Source: an uncultured Chloroflexia bacterium
GTDB lineage: Bacteria; Chloroflexota; Limnocylindria; QHBO01
Assembly (NCBI GenBank): GCA_963787025.1
Contig: CAWBBG010000002.1
Span: forward strand, 14,444-78,443
Length of the DNA stretch: 64,000 nt
Reading direction: 5' to 3'
Positions 1-9,129 of this stretch are shown piece by piece (the stretch's first letter is position 1; each line of letters opens with the position of its first letter). The position numbers and the translations under genes are program-made. The notes under the pieces are model-generated. The model made no database searches. It was not told where the DNA came from and was given only the letters and a program-made list of their open reading frames with translations.

Positions 1-501
1 GTGCCCATCGTCTCCGGCGGCCTGTTCGTCGGCTATCTCACCAACCGCGAGACGGCACCGCGCGTCGGGCACCGAAGCATGGGCAGCGCGCGCGCCTCCG
101 GCTGGGACCGGATCCCCATCATCCGCATGACGAACGTCAGCCTGAGGCCCGGTGCCAGCGGGAGCGTGGAGGACCTGATCGCCGACACCCGCGAGGGGAT
201 CTACCTCGATACGAACCGATCCTGGAGCATCGACGACCGCCGGCTGAACTTCCAGTTCGGGACGCAGGCGGGCTGGCTCATTCGCAACGGACGCCGGACG
301 CAGCTGGTGCGCAACCCGACGTACACCGGGATCACCCCGCGCTTCTGGGGCAGCTGCGATGCCATCGCCGGCCCGGATGCCTGGGTCCTGTGGGGAGTGC
401 CGAACTGCGGGAAGGGAGAGCCCATGCAGACCGGGCACGTCAGCCACGGTGCCAGCCCGGCCCGCTTCAGGAGCGTGCAGGTGGGCGTGGGCCGATGGTG
501 A
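1..501 (+). CDS. tldD: TldD-family metalloprotease, C-terminal part (5' end lies outside the window)
   Basis: ORF open from base 1. The C-terminal sequence is typical of TldD/PmbA proteins (..NCGKGEPMQTGHVSHGASPARFRSVQVG). Its stop overlaps the next start (ATGGTGA). Confidence 0.85.
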   Translation: MPIVSGGLFVGYLTNRETAPRVGHRSMGSARASGWDRIPIIRMTNVSLRPGASGSVEDLIADTREGIYLDTNRSWSIDDRRLNFQFGTQAGWLIRNGRRTQLVRNPTYTGITPRFWGSCDAIAGPDAWVLWGVPNCGKGEPMQTGHVSHGASPARFRSVQVGVGRW

Positions 502-1865
502 GCTTCGATCGCCACGATCCGGTGGCCGCCGCCGGGATCCTCGATCGCGTGCTGGCCATGGTGCGCGACGGTGAGGCGGAGGCGGCCTACACCGGCCGGG
601 ACCACGCGCTCACCCGCTTCGCGAACTCCCAGGTCCACCAGAACGTCGCAGATCACGACGCCACCCTGCGGGTGCGCGTGACCATGGATGGGCGCACGGG
701 GGTGGCGGCGACCAACCGGCTCGATGAAGCCGGCCTGCGCGCTGCGGTCGCCACCGCCACCGAGATCCGCGACCACGCGGCCCGCAACCCGGAGGCCGCG
801 CCCCTGGCCGAAGGTCCGATTGGCGAGCACTCCCTGGTCGGATGGTCGGCGTCGACCGCTTCCGCGGATCCCGCGCTGCGCGCCGCCGCCGCGAGCTCCG
901 TCATCGAGGCGGCCGTTTCCGCCGGGCTCGAGGCGAGTGGTGCCTTCTCGACCGAGGCGACAACCATGGCCATCGCCAACAGCCGCGGGCTCCGGAGCTC
1001 CGGGAGCACCACCCAGGCAACGCTGTTGACGGTGGTGATGGGCACCGACGGTGCCTCCGGCTACGCGCAGGCGACCAACGCGGGGGTGGACCGTATCGAC
1101 GCGGCCGCGGTCGGCGCGGAGGCGGTGGATCGCGCGCTCCGCTCGGTGGGGGCCGGCGATCTGGAGCCGGGCGAGTACCCGGTCGTCCTGGAGCCGTACG
1201 CGGTGGCGACCCTGCTGGAGTACATAGGCTCGATCAGCTTCTCTGCGCTCGCGGTACAGGAGGGGCGCAGCTTCATGGAGCTCGGTCGCACGGTGATGGG
1301 CCCCCAGGTCAGGATCTGGGACGACGGGCAGGACGAGGCCGGCTTGCCGTCGACCTTCGATTTCGAGGGCGTCCGAAAGCAGCGCGTGGACCTGGTGACC
1401 GATGGCGTGGCCACCGGGCTGGTTCATGACACCGCCACCGCGCGACGCGGCGGCACCCGGTCCACCGGCCACGGCCTGCCGGCGCCGAACGCGTGGGGAC
1501 CCATGCCGTGGAACCTGTTCATGGCCGGTGGCGCCGATACGCGCGATGCGCTGGTGTCGCGGCTGGACCGCGGCATCTGGGTGACCCGCTTTCACTACGT
1601 GAACGTCGTGCACGCCAAGCGCGCGATCCTGACGGGCATGACGAAGGATGGAACCTTCCTGGTCGAGAATGGGCAGGTGGTCCGTCCCATTCGCAACCTG
1701 CGCTTCACCCAGTCGGTTCCCGAGGCGTTCAGCCAGATCGGCGGCATGACCCGCGAGACGCAGCTCGTCGCGCCGGAGTACAGCGGCATCAACGTCCGGG
1801 CGCCGGCGCTGCTGATCGATGGCTTCGGGTTCACTGGTGCGACCGCCGCGGAGGAGGCTGGGTGA
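495..1865 (+). CDS. pmbA: PmbA/TldE-family protease partner
   Basis: ATG at 495 in the frame of ORF 390..1865. TldD/PmbA-like sequence runs throughout (..RFANSQVHQN.., ..VTRFHYVNVV..) and the gene is translationally coupled to tldD. Confidence 0.85.
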   Translation: MVSFDRHDPVAAAGILDRVLAMVRDGEAEAAYTGRDHALTRFANSQVHQNVADHDATLRVRVTMDGRTGVAATNRLDEAGLRAAVATATEIRDHAARNPEAAPLAEGPIGEHSLVGWSASTASADPALRAAAASSVIEAAVSAGLEASGAFSTEATTMAIANSRGLRSSGSTTQATLLTVVMGTDGASGYAQATNAGVDRIDAAAVGAEAVDRALRSVGAGDLEPGEYPVVLEPYAVATLLEYIGSISFSALAVQEGRSFMELGRTVMGPQVRIWDDGQDEAGLPSTFDFEGVRKQRVDLVTDGVATGLVHDTATARRGGTRSTGHGLPAPNAWGPMPWNLFMAGGADTRDALVSRLDRGIWVTRFHYVNVVHAKRAILTGMTKDGTFLVENGQVVRPIRNLRFTQSVPEAFSQIGGMTRETQLVAPEYSGINVRAPALLIDGFGFTGATAAEEAG

Positions 1866-2077
1866 CGGTGGCCCATCCACTCGACCTGCGAATCGGCGAC
1901 CGGGTGCGCCTGCGACGGGCACATCCCTGCGGAAGCCGGGACTGGGACGTGGTCCGGCTGGGAGCCGACATCGGCCTGGTGTGCCGCGGCTGCGCGCATC
2001 GGATTCTGATGGACCGGCTCACGGTGGAGCGTCGCTTCACGGAGTTCCTGGAACGCGGCCCGGAGACCCCGGCGTGA
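1862..2077 (+). CDS. DUF951-family small protein
   Basis: GTG at 1862 overlaps the pmbA stop (GTGA). The 71-aa product has the HPCG..(n)..CxGC pattern and overall DUF951 look (LRRAHPCGSRDWDVVRLGADIGLVCRGCAHRILM). Confidence 0.6.
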   Translation: MTVAHPLDLRIGDRVRLRRAHPCGSRDWDVVRLGADIGLVCRGCAHRILMDRLTVERRFTEFLERGPETPA

Positions 2078-2079
2078 GC

Positions 2080-3492
2080 ATGGAGCTGCCGCCGGATCTC
2101 TCCGCTCAGGACCTGAGCGGTGCCGGCGGCGTCTTCAAGAACCGGTCGTTCGTCGCGCTCTGGACTGCCCAGGTGCTCAGCCAGCTGGCGAGCAACATGG
2201 TGCTGGCCGGGCTCATGGCGATCGTGGTGGGGACCACCGGCTCGAACACGGCGAACGCCATCCTGATCCTGACCTTCCTGTTCCCGGCGGTTGCCTTCAG
2301 CGCGCTCGCCGGGGTCATCGTCGAGCGGACCGACGCCCGTCTGATCATGCTCGCGGCAAACCTGCTGCGCGCGGCAGGCACCGTCGCCTTCATCTTCGTG
2401 GGATCGAACATCGTCCTGATCTACGTCATCAACCTGTTCGTGTCCACGGTGACCGCCTTCTTTGCACCCGCGGAGCTCACCTCCATCCCGCGGATCGTGA
2501 AGCACGGCAACCTGATGGCCGCCAACTCGATCTTCGTGCTCACCATCAACGCGACGTTCGCTATCGGGTTCGGTTTCCTGGGGCCGTTGCTGCTGACCAC
2601 CGCGGGTCCCACCGCCGTGTACGTGGTGGTGGCGATCATGTTCGGCCTGGCGGCGCTGGCCATCGTCCCCATTCCGGGCGTGCGTCCGGACCACGGGCGG
2701 GCCCCCATCGACGCCGGGCGGGCGCTCACCGCCGTCGTCCTGGAGCTGCGCGAGGGGGTCGCCTTCGTGCGGCGCACGCCGCGGATCGCGTGGTCGCTCA
2801 TCTACCTTGGGATCGCCTCGTCCCTGATCGGGGTGATGGGCGCGCTGGGACCCGGTTTCGCGACCCAGATCCTGCAGCTGCGAGCGGAAGACTTCTTCTT
2901 CATCATGGGTCCGGCCGGCCTTGGCGCGGTGATCGGGATCCTCTTCCTGAACTCGTACGGCAAGCAGCTGCCGCGGCGGTTGCTGATCGACCTCGGCCTG
3001 GTCGCGATGGGCATCACCCTCATGGGACTGGCCGCGGTCAAGCCGGTGGTGCGTTTCCTGTCGCCGGCGATCCAGCCGCTGGAAGCCAACCTGCCGCAGA
3101 TGGTGAGCCCACTGCTGTCGCTCATCGCCGTGGTGGTGGTCATCGCGATGACCGCGGGACTGGAGTACGCGTTCGTGGCCATCCCGTCGCAGACCGCGCT
3201 CCAGGAAGAGCTTCCCAAGGACGTGCGCGGGCGCATCTTCGGGATCCTGAACACGCTGCTCTCCGTCGCGTCCTTCCTGCCGGTGCTCGTCGCTCCAGCT
3301 GCGGCAGACCTGCTGAACATCGTCTTCCCGGGTGCCGGCATTCCGGTGGTGATGCTGGCGCTCGGAGCAGTGACACTGTGGGCCGGGATCGCATCCTGGC
3401 GGCGGAACGCGGCGGAGGGCCTGCACAGACAGGGGCCGAGCGCGCCGGAGGAGCGGTCGCGGACCCAGGGGTCGCCGGCCGATGGCGACTAG
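2080..3492 (+). CDS. MFS transporter
   Basis: ATG at 2080. About 12 hydrophobic segments and an MFS-like N-terminus (FKNRSFVALWTAQVLSQLASNM). Confidence 0.8.
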   Translation: MELPPDLSAQDLSGAGGVFKNRSFVALWTAQVLSQLASNMVLAGLMAIVVGTTGSNTANAILILTFLFPAVAFSALAGVIVERTDARLIMLAANLLRAAGTVAFIFVGSNIVLIYVINLFVSTVTAFFAPAELTSIPRIVKHGNLMAANSIFVLTINATFAIGFGFLGPLLLTTAGPTAVYVVVAIMFGLAALAIVPIPGVRPDHGRAPIDAGRALTAVVLELREGVAFVRRTPRIAWSLIYLGIASSLIGVMGALGPGFATQILQLRAEDFFFIMGPAGLGAVIGILFLNSYGKQLPRRLLIDLGLVAMGITLMGLAAVKPVVRFLSPAIQPLEANLPQMVSPLLSLIAVVVVIAMTAGLEYAFVAIPSQTALQEELPKDVRGRIFGILNTLLSVASFLPVLVAPAAADLLNIVFPGAGIPVVMLALGAVTLWAGIASWRRNAAEGLHRQGPSAPEERSRTQGSPADGD

Positions 3493-4819
3493 GGCCCTCG
3501 CCGGGGGCGTTCTGCTCGCATCTGGCCTGATCGCCTGGTTGGCCGTCACGTCGGTCGTCGCCGCGCGGGGACTCCAGGCGGTCATCGGCGTGTCCGTGAT
3601 CTATGTCGGGTATCTCGCCCTGCGCGGGTGGCAGCGCTTCGCCGCCGCTCTGCGCACGCCCGGGCCGGCGTCAAGCGCGACGCTCGCATCCGACGCGCCC
3701 TTCGTGAGCGTGCTGGTTCCAGCGCGCGACGAGGCGCCCGTGATCGCCGGCATCGTGGCCGACCTCGTTCGCCAAACATATGCCGGGCCCGACGGTGCGC
3801 GGCGGTTCGAGGTCCTGGTCGTGGACGGAGGGTCCACCGACGGGACCCCCGAGATCGTGGCACGCGCGGCAGCGGACGCCGGCGCACCACCTGGGCTGGT
3901 CCGCGTGGTGAGGTGCACCGTGGATGCCGCACCGCAGACCAAGGGAAATGCCCTCGCGGAGGGGATGCCCCACGTCCACGGCGAGCTGGTCGCGGCCCTC
4001 GACGCGGACTCGCGCATCGGTCCCGGGTTCCTGGAGGGCATTCTCCGCGCCTGGGCACGAGACCCGGACGCCGCGGCCATCCAGGCGCGCCGTCGGCCGT
4101 TGAACGCCCGAAGCAGCTGGCTGACCGCGGCCCAGGGAGAGGAGCAGCTCATGGACCTCGCGAGCCAGTGCGGTCGGCGCAGCCTGGGCGGGACGGCCGA
4201 GCTGCGGGGGAACGGGATGGTCGTCCGGCGCGCGGCGCTGGAACGGGTGGGTGGTTGGAGCCGGAGCGCCATCACGGAGGACCTGGAGCTGTCCACCCGT
4301 CTCGCCGCCGCCGGCGCGCACGTGGCCCTGGCCCCGGAGGTGACGGTGGAGGAGGAGGCGGTGGAGGCGCTGGGCGCTCTCTGGGGTCAGCGGCTGCGCT
4401 GGGCGGAGGGCAGCCTGCGGCGCCTGATGCGGCTTGGTCCGGCCGTGCTTGCGGGAGACGCAGCGCTCTCCCGCAAGGTGGACTTTCTCGCCTTCACCAC
4501 GGAGTTTCTCATCCCGCCGCTCTTCATCACCAGCATCGCGGCGTCCGTGCTCACGATTCCGCTTCCGGAGCGCATGGACTGGACGGTGCCCATCTCGCTG
4601 TTCCTCGGGTATGGCCTGGGTTCGTTCCTCTTCGCCCTGGCCGGGCTGGCCGCGGAGGGTGAGCGAGGGCTGTCACTCCTGGGGCGGTCCAGCCGTGGTG
4701 CGCTCTTCCTCTCCCATTGGCTGCTGGTGGTGCCGGTGGTCCTGGTGCGCATCATGCTCGCGGAACCCACACGCATCTTTCGCAAGACGCCACGCGTGGG
4801 ACACGGTCAGGTCCAATGA
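3482..4819 (+). CDS. Membrane glycosyltransferase family 2, processive type (QxxRW)
   Basis: N-terminal TM segment, then a GT2 core (VSVLVPARDE..VVDGGSTDGT..ALDADS) and a QRLRW motif, followed by C-terminal TM helices. The start overlaps the MFS stop by 11 nt. Confidence 0.8.
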   Translation: MATRALAGGVLLASGLIAWLAVTSVVAARGLQAVIGVSVIYVGYLALRGWQRFAAALRTPGPASSATLASDAPFVSVLVPARDEAPVIAGIVADLVRQTYAGPDGARRFEVLVVDGGSTDGTPEIVARAAADAGAPPGLVRVVRCTVDAAPQTKGNALAEGMPHVHGELVAALDADSRIGPGFLEGILRAWARDPDAAAIQARRRPLNARSSWLTAAQGEEQLMDLASQCGRRSLGGTAELRGNGMVVRRAALERVGGWSRSAITEDLELSTRLAAAGAHVALAPEVTVEEEAVEALGALWGQRLRWAEGSLRRLMRLGPAVLAGDAALSRKVDFLAFTTEFLIPPLFITSIAASVLTIPLPERMDWTVPISLFLGYGLGSFLFALAGLAAEGERGLSLLGRSSRGALFLSHWLLVVPVVLVRIMLAEPTRIFRKTPRVGHGQVQ

Positions 4820-6450
4820 GCCCGCCTCGTCCCGACACGGTGGTGACCGGCCAGATCGTGATCGACGCGCGCCCGGACGGACTGGAGACGGCCGAGGCGG
4901 TGGGCATCGCCGATGGGCGGGTGGTCGCCATCGGAAGCCGGGTGGAGCTTCTGGCTGCGGCAGCGCCGCGCGCCACGCTGATTCGGGCGGACGACATGGC
5001 CGTCGTGCCGGGACTGCACGACTTCCATCTGCACCTGGTCGGCATGGCGCGCGCGCGACGGAGGGTGGACCTGGCGGGCGCCGGGAGCATGGACGGCATC
5101 GTGGAACGGGTTCAGATCGCGGCACGGGCCACCCCGGTGGGGGAGTGGGTCCGAGGCGACGGCTGGACGGCCGAAGTGCTCGACCGCGGGTCGCTGCACC
5201 GGCTGGAGGCAGCCCTGGACGGTAGGCCGGCATTCCTGCAGAGCCACGATCGCCATTCGGCATGGGCGTCGAGCGCGGCGCTGCGCCGGGCAGGGGTCGC
5301 GGAGGATCCGGCAGACCCGGTGGGAGGCCGATTCGAACGCGACCCCGTGGGGCGCCCGGACGGCGTGCTGCGGGAACGCGCCGCGGACCTGGTTGGCGAG
5401 CACGCGGGGCGGCTGGAGGGCACGGCGCTGCGCGAGGCGCTGGACGAGGTGGTGGCCACGCTTCTGAGCCTGGGGCTCACCGGTGCAACCGACGCCGGTG
5501 ACGCGACGGCGGGAAACGGCATCGGCCGCTTCGCGGAGCTGGGCGACTCCTTCTCGCACCTGGTGGAGGCGCTGGATGTCCTTGACGGTCGGCTGTGGGT
5601 GAACCTGGACCTGCCCGCGGCCGCAATCGACGCTGCCGCTGCGGGCGGCCTGTTCAGCGGGGCGCGAGTCGGGGGGGCCGAGACGCTGCGCGTCGGATGG
5701 GCAAAGGTCTACGCCGACGGCGCCCTGGGGTCGCGGACGGCGGCGGTCTTCGCGCCGTACCGATGTGCCGGGGGCGGCAACGGGATCCTGCGCCTCACCC
5801 CTGCGGAGCTCGACGAGATCGTGGCGCAGGCGCGGGCCGCACGGATCGGCCTGGCGATCCATGCGATAGGGGATCGTGCGGCGGCGGTGGTCCTGGACGG
5901 CCTCGAGCGGGGAGGCCGGCCGGCGCCCGATGCACCACCCGACCGCATCGAGCACCTTCAGCTGGTGCGGCCCGCGGAGCAGCAACGCCTGGCGGCGGTG
6001 GACGTGACGGCCAGCGTCCAGCCCCTGCACGCTCCATCCGACCGCGATACGGTCGAGCGCTGCTGGCCCGACCGCCTGGTCGACGCCTACCCGTGGCGCT
6101 CGCTGGCTGCCGCGGGGGCCCGTCTCGCGTTTGGCTCTGATGCGCCCATCGAGTCGCCGAACCCGTGGTCGGCGATCCACGCGGCGGTGCATCGCCGCCT
6201 GGCGGGCGAGCCCGGCCCGGGCTGGCGGCCGGACCAGGCCCTCGGCCTGGACGCGGCGCTGATGGCCTACACCCGGGGTCCGGCCCTGGGCGCCGGACGA
6301 ACGGACGTCGGCCATCTGCACCCCGGGGCGTGGGCCGACCTGGCCGTGCTGAGCAGCGATCTGGCCACCCTCCGCAACGCCGGACCGGAGCTCGGTCAGC
6401 TGCGCAGCACCATGACCATGGTCCGTGGGAGGGTCGTTCACCGCGCATAG
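4816..6450 (+). CDS. Amidohydrolase-family metal hydrolase (YtcJ-like)
   Basis: ATG at 4816 overlaps the GT2 stop (ATGA). An HDFHLH metal motif lies near the N-terminus, and ..IHAIGDRA.. and ..FGSDAPIE.. motifs follow. Confidence 0.8.
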   Translation: MSPPRPDTVVTGQIVIDARPDGLETAEAVGIADGRVVAIGSRVELLAAAAPRATLIRADDMAVVPGLHDFHLHLVGMARARRRVDLAGAGSMDGIVERVQIAARATPVGEWVRGDGWTAEVLDRGSLHRLEAALDGRPAFLQSHDRHSAWASSAALRRAGVAEDPADPVGGRFERDPVGRPDGVLRERAADLVGEHAGRLEGTALREALDEVVATLLSLGLTGATDAGDATAGNGIGRFAELGDSFSHLVEALDVLDGRLWVNLDLPAAAIDAAAAGGLFSGARVGGAETLRVGWAKVYADGALGSRTAAVFAPYRCAGGGNGILRLTPAELDEIVAQARAARIGLAIHAIGDRAAAVVLDGLERGGRPAPDAPPDRIEHLQLVRPAEQQRLAAVDVTASVQPLHAPSDRDTVERCWPDRLVDAYPWRSLAAAGARLAFGSDAPIESPNPWSAIHAAVHRRLAGEPGPGWRPDQALGLDAALMAYTRGPALGAGRTDVGHLHPGAWADLAVLSSDLATLRNAGPELGQLRSTMTMVRGRVVHRA

Positions 6451-6534
6451 CGCGAAAAGGCCGTTGCGCGGCAACCTTTCGCGCCGTACGATCAGTATCC
6501 GATCTGTGGGGGCTCTACTGCTGCGGAGGAACGG

Positions 6535-6801
6535 ATGATGGGCGATTCTCCCGACGATCGTCGACCATTCGAAGTCGGCGGCGATACGTCGGTTCCAGTG
6601 GGCCCGGGTCACGCCACGCCGGAGCCGTCGTTCGATCGCACCCGCCTCGACTTCGGCCATCACGCCGGCCAGACCATAGAGGAGCTGGCGGAACGCGATC
6701 CGGACTACCTTCGCTGGCTCGCACGCCATCCGTCCGGCGCGCGGTACCGCGCCGAGATCGAGCGCGTGCTGGGGCCCCTCCCGATTCTTCCCGGTCGCTG
6801 A
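6535..6801 (+). CDS. Small DUF3820-like protein
   Basis: 88-aa ORF. The segment FGHHAGQTIEELAERDPDYLRWLARHP resembles the FGKxKGxxxxE..P.YLxWL signature of DUF3820. An 8-bp GC hairpin follows at 6802-6823. Confidence 0.5.
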   Translation: MMGDSPDDRRPFEVGGDTSVPVGPGHATPEPSFDRTRLDFGHHAGQTIEELAERDPDYLRWLARHPSGARYRAEIERVLGPLPILPGR

Positions 6802-7105
6802 GCAGCGCCACGCCAGGCGCTGCGAAAGTGCTGGCGTCGGGCGGACGTCGGGGGTAGGATGGAACCTGGCCCGGTTCGCCCGCGGTGCGACCGTCCAATC
6901 TGCTGCCGGCCCGATCTCGATCCGGCTTGGCTCGGAGTTTGGCTCTGCCGCTGACGCGGCAGCTTCCGCGAGGCGGGGAGACCCGCTGAACCGGGCCACT
7001 GCCATGCCCGAATGACCGCCGACATGCGGTCACGACCGAGTGGACGAGGCCGCCGCGTTCCCGCGACGGCTCCGTCTCGACGCGACCAGGGTCCTCAGTG
7101 GTCGC

Positions 7106-8299
7106 TCAGCTACCCCGGAGCTCACTGCTGTACTTGATCGAGTCGTAGATGTCGGGCTGGTCGGGGCCGGTCACATGGATCGTGCCCGCGGCGCCCTTGA
7201 GCGTCCGATAGATTGCGTGGTCCACCATCAGGTAGTTCCCTGGCACTTCGACCTTGAACTCAACACCGGCGGCGCCCCCGGACGGCACGATGGTGGTCTG
7301 CACCGCGTGGTTCTCGAGCGCGAACGACCCCTCGACGTACACGGTGTCGAACATCTCGCCGATAACGTGGAAGCTCGAAATGAGGTTCGGCCCGATGTTG
7401 CCGACGAAGAGCCGAACCGTATCACCGGTATGGATGACGTCGTCGTTGTAGACGCCCAGCGCCCGGTCGCCGTTGACCGCATCCGGCCGTCCGTTGAACA
7501 CGACAAACGTCGGCTCCTCGAGAAGGCCGTTGCTGAGATCGTTGTCGAGGAGTCCCTGCTTGGTGAGGGAGGAGGCGGCCCTGTCACCGCCTGCTGACGT
7601 GTAGAACTCGCTCTGCATGATGTAGTACTCGTGATCCACCTTCGGCAGGCCGCCGGCGGGCTCGACGACGACGAGACCGTACATGCCATGCGAGATGTGG
7701 ATCGGAATGACCGGGTAGGCGCAGTGGTAGATGTAGATCCCCGGGTGCAGCAGCTTGACCTTCAGCTCGCTCTCGGCGCCCGGTGCGGTGTCGAGCCGGA
7801 CCGATCCGCCGCCAGGGCCCGTCACGGCGTGGAAGTCCACGTTGTGCGGCATGGTGCTATCGGCCGGGTTCTTGAGGTGGAAATCGATCGTGTCGCCCAC
7901 CATGGCCCGGATCATCGGCCCGGGGACGGCCCCATCGAAGGTCCAGTAATCCATGTAGGTGCCATCCACGACCTGCGCGATCCCTTCCTTGATCTGGAAG
8001 GTGGCGTTGATCGTAATCGGCCCGGTTCGGGTGACCGGCTTCGACCACGAGCCGCCGTCATAGACGGTGTAGTCGGGGCTGTCGGGCATGTCCGTGGGGT
8101 GGCGGCTGACCTCGTCGATGGCGACCGCCGGCGGGCTGCCCGCCGGCGTGGCCGCGGCCGACGCGCCGGCGGGGGCACCGCTCGCCACCGGGAGCTGGCT
8201 CTGGACCGTCGCGGCCGTGTTGTTCGATACGGCGGCGTAGATGAGCGCCAGGAAGATCATGCTCACCACCGCCGACGTCGCTACGAGGACCCGTGTCAT
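7106..8299 (-). CDS. nirK: Copper-containing nitrite reductase (NirK), membrane-anchored
   Basis: Type-2 Cu histidine motif HNVDFHAVTGPGGG and type-1 Cu loop YIYHCAYPVIPIHISHGMYGLVVVEP. Two cupredoxin-like halves and an N-terminal TM anchor. Confidence 0.9.
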   Translation of the reverse strand: MTRVLVATSAVVSMIFLALIYAAVSNNTAATVQSQLPVASGAPAGASAAATPAGSPPAVAIDEVSRHPTDMPDSPDYTVYDGGSWSKPVTRTGPITINATFQIKEGIAQVVDGTYMDYWTFDGAVPGPMIRAMVGDTIDFHLKNPADSTMPHNVDFHAVTGPGGGSVRLDTAPGAESELKVKLLHPGIYIYHCAYPVIPIHISHGMYGLVVVEPAGGLPKVDHEYYIMQSEFYTSAGGDRAASSLTKQGLLDNDLSNGLLEEPTFVVFNGRPDAVNGDRALGVYNDDVIHTGDTVRLFVGNIGPNLISSFHVIGEMFDTVYVEGSFALENHAVQTTIVPSGGAAGVEFKVEVPGNYLMVDHAIYRTLKGAAGTIHVTGPDQPDIYDSIKYSSELRGS

Positions 8300-8353
8300 T
8301 GTCGTCGTACCTCCATGGGCGGTCCGCGGGTTGACGCCGACCGCTCGTCCGCT

Positions 8354-8380
8354 AAAGACTTACCTATGTAGTAAGCCTTT
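8354..8380. promoter_or_regulatory. Imperfect palindrome in the nirK / Rrf2 divergent intergenic region (candidate operator)
   Basis: AAAGACTTACCTA-TG-TAGTAAGCCTTT: AT-rich inverted repeat in an otherwise GC-rich spacer, 55 nt upstream of the nirK start. Confidence 0.35.
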
Positions 8381-8474
8381 CATGGCGTGCTGAACAGGGG
8401 CCGTTGGTCACGAACTTTCCGGGATGCGTGACGAGGGGCAGGGAACGTGAGCGGGGGAGGAGAATGGCGGCGCG

Positions 8475-8879
8475 ATGAAGATCGAACTGACGAAGCGGGG
8501 CGACTATGCGGTGCGAGCCATGCTGGCGCTCGCCGCGGCGGGGGAGGCAGCCCCATTGACCGGGCGTCAGCTCGCGGAACGGACCGGCGTCCCGCCCAGC
8601 TTCCTGCCGCAGGTCATGGCCGGCCTGTCCCGGGCTGGCCTGGTCAGCGGGCGGGTGGGACGCATCGGTGGCTATCGGCTGGGACGCCCGGCATCGTCCA
8701 TCTCACTGCTGGAGATCATCGAGACCATCGAGGGCGACAGCCGCCGGACGACGTGCGTCCTGCGCAACGGCCCGTGCAGCATCGACGGCCGCTGTGCCGC
8801 ACACGCCTCCTTCTACGCGGCGCAGGAGGCGCTTCGCGCGTCGCTCCAGGCCGCGACGCTGGCCACCATCGGCGGCTAG
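8475..8879 (+). CDS. Rrf2-family transcriptional regulator (NsrR/IscR-like, three clustered Cys)
   Basis: Typical Rrf2 N-terminus (MKIELTKRGDYAVRAMLALA) and C-x6-C-x5-C (CVLRNGPCSIDGRC). Transcribed divergently from nirK. Confidence 0.85.
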   Translation: MKIELTKRGDYAVRAMLALAAAGEAAPLTGRQLAERTGVPPSFLPQVMAGLSRAGLVSGRVGRIGGYRLGRPASSISLLEIIETIEGDSRRTTCVLRNGPCSIDGRCAAHASFYAAQEALRASLQAATLATIGG

Positions 8880-9070
8880 CCGGCGTCGATCTCCCGCTGC
8901 AGGCTACGAACCTCGCGGTAGGCCGCGATGGCCAGGATCCGCCGGAGCTCCGGGCGCTCCAGCTTGAGGAGCGGGCTGCCTGGCCGTTCCGTCTCGAGGC
9001 GCACGATGGCGTGGTCGACCATGTAGCGAAGCCAGTTGAGCCGATGCGGAACGTCGTCGAGGTCTTCCAC
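8876..9070 (-). CDS. Hypothetical small protein (64 aa)
   Basis: GTG start preceded by GGGAGG at 6-nt spacing. Fills the gap between convergent neighbours. No recognisable family. Confidence 0.4.
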   Translation of the reverse strand: MEDLDDVPHRLNWLRYMVDHAIVRLETERPGSPLLKLERPELRRILAIAAYREVRSLQREIDAG

Positions 9071-9129
9071 GCAACGCCTCCCATCCGCAGGTATACCACG
9101 ACACGGGCCCGCGCCGATAGAATCCCGCC

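Noticed and set aside
201-1922. Long antisense ORFs (for example 201..1922 -, 1831..3585 -, 4807..7005 -, 9415..10728 -, 40657..42201 -, 35376..36917 +)
   Set aside because: They lie opposite genes with clear family motifs, and their products are Arg/Pro/Gly/His-rich low complexity. At about 70% GC, stop codons are rare in non-coding frames, so these are artefacts.
6802-7105. The 300-nt gap downstream of nirK as a possible RNA gene
   Set aside because: It contains only short GC hairpins (6802-6823 and about 6946-6963). There is no promoter/terminator pair and no recognisable RNA-family motif.
7890-7902. 13-nt identity (GTGTCGCCCACCA) with the 3' end of tRNA-Val, as a possible att site
   Set aside because: It lies inside conserved nirK coding sequence (antisense of MVGDT), on the 5' side of the tRNA, with no integrase in between. 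It is most likely chance.
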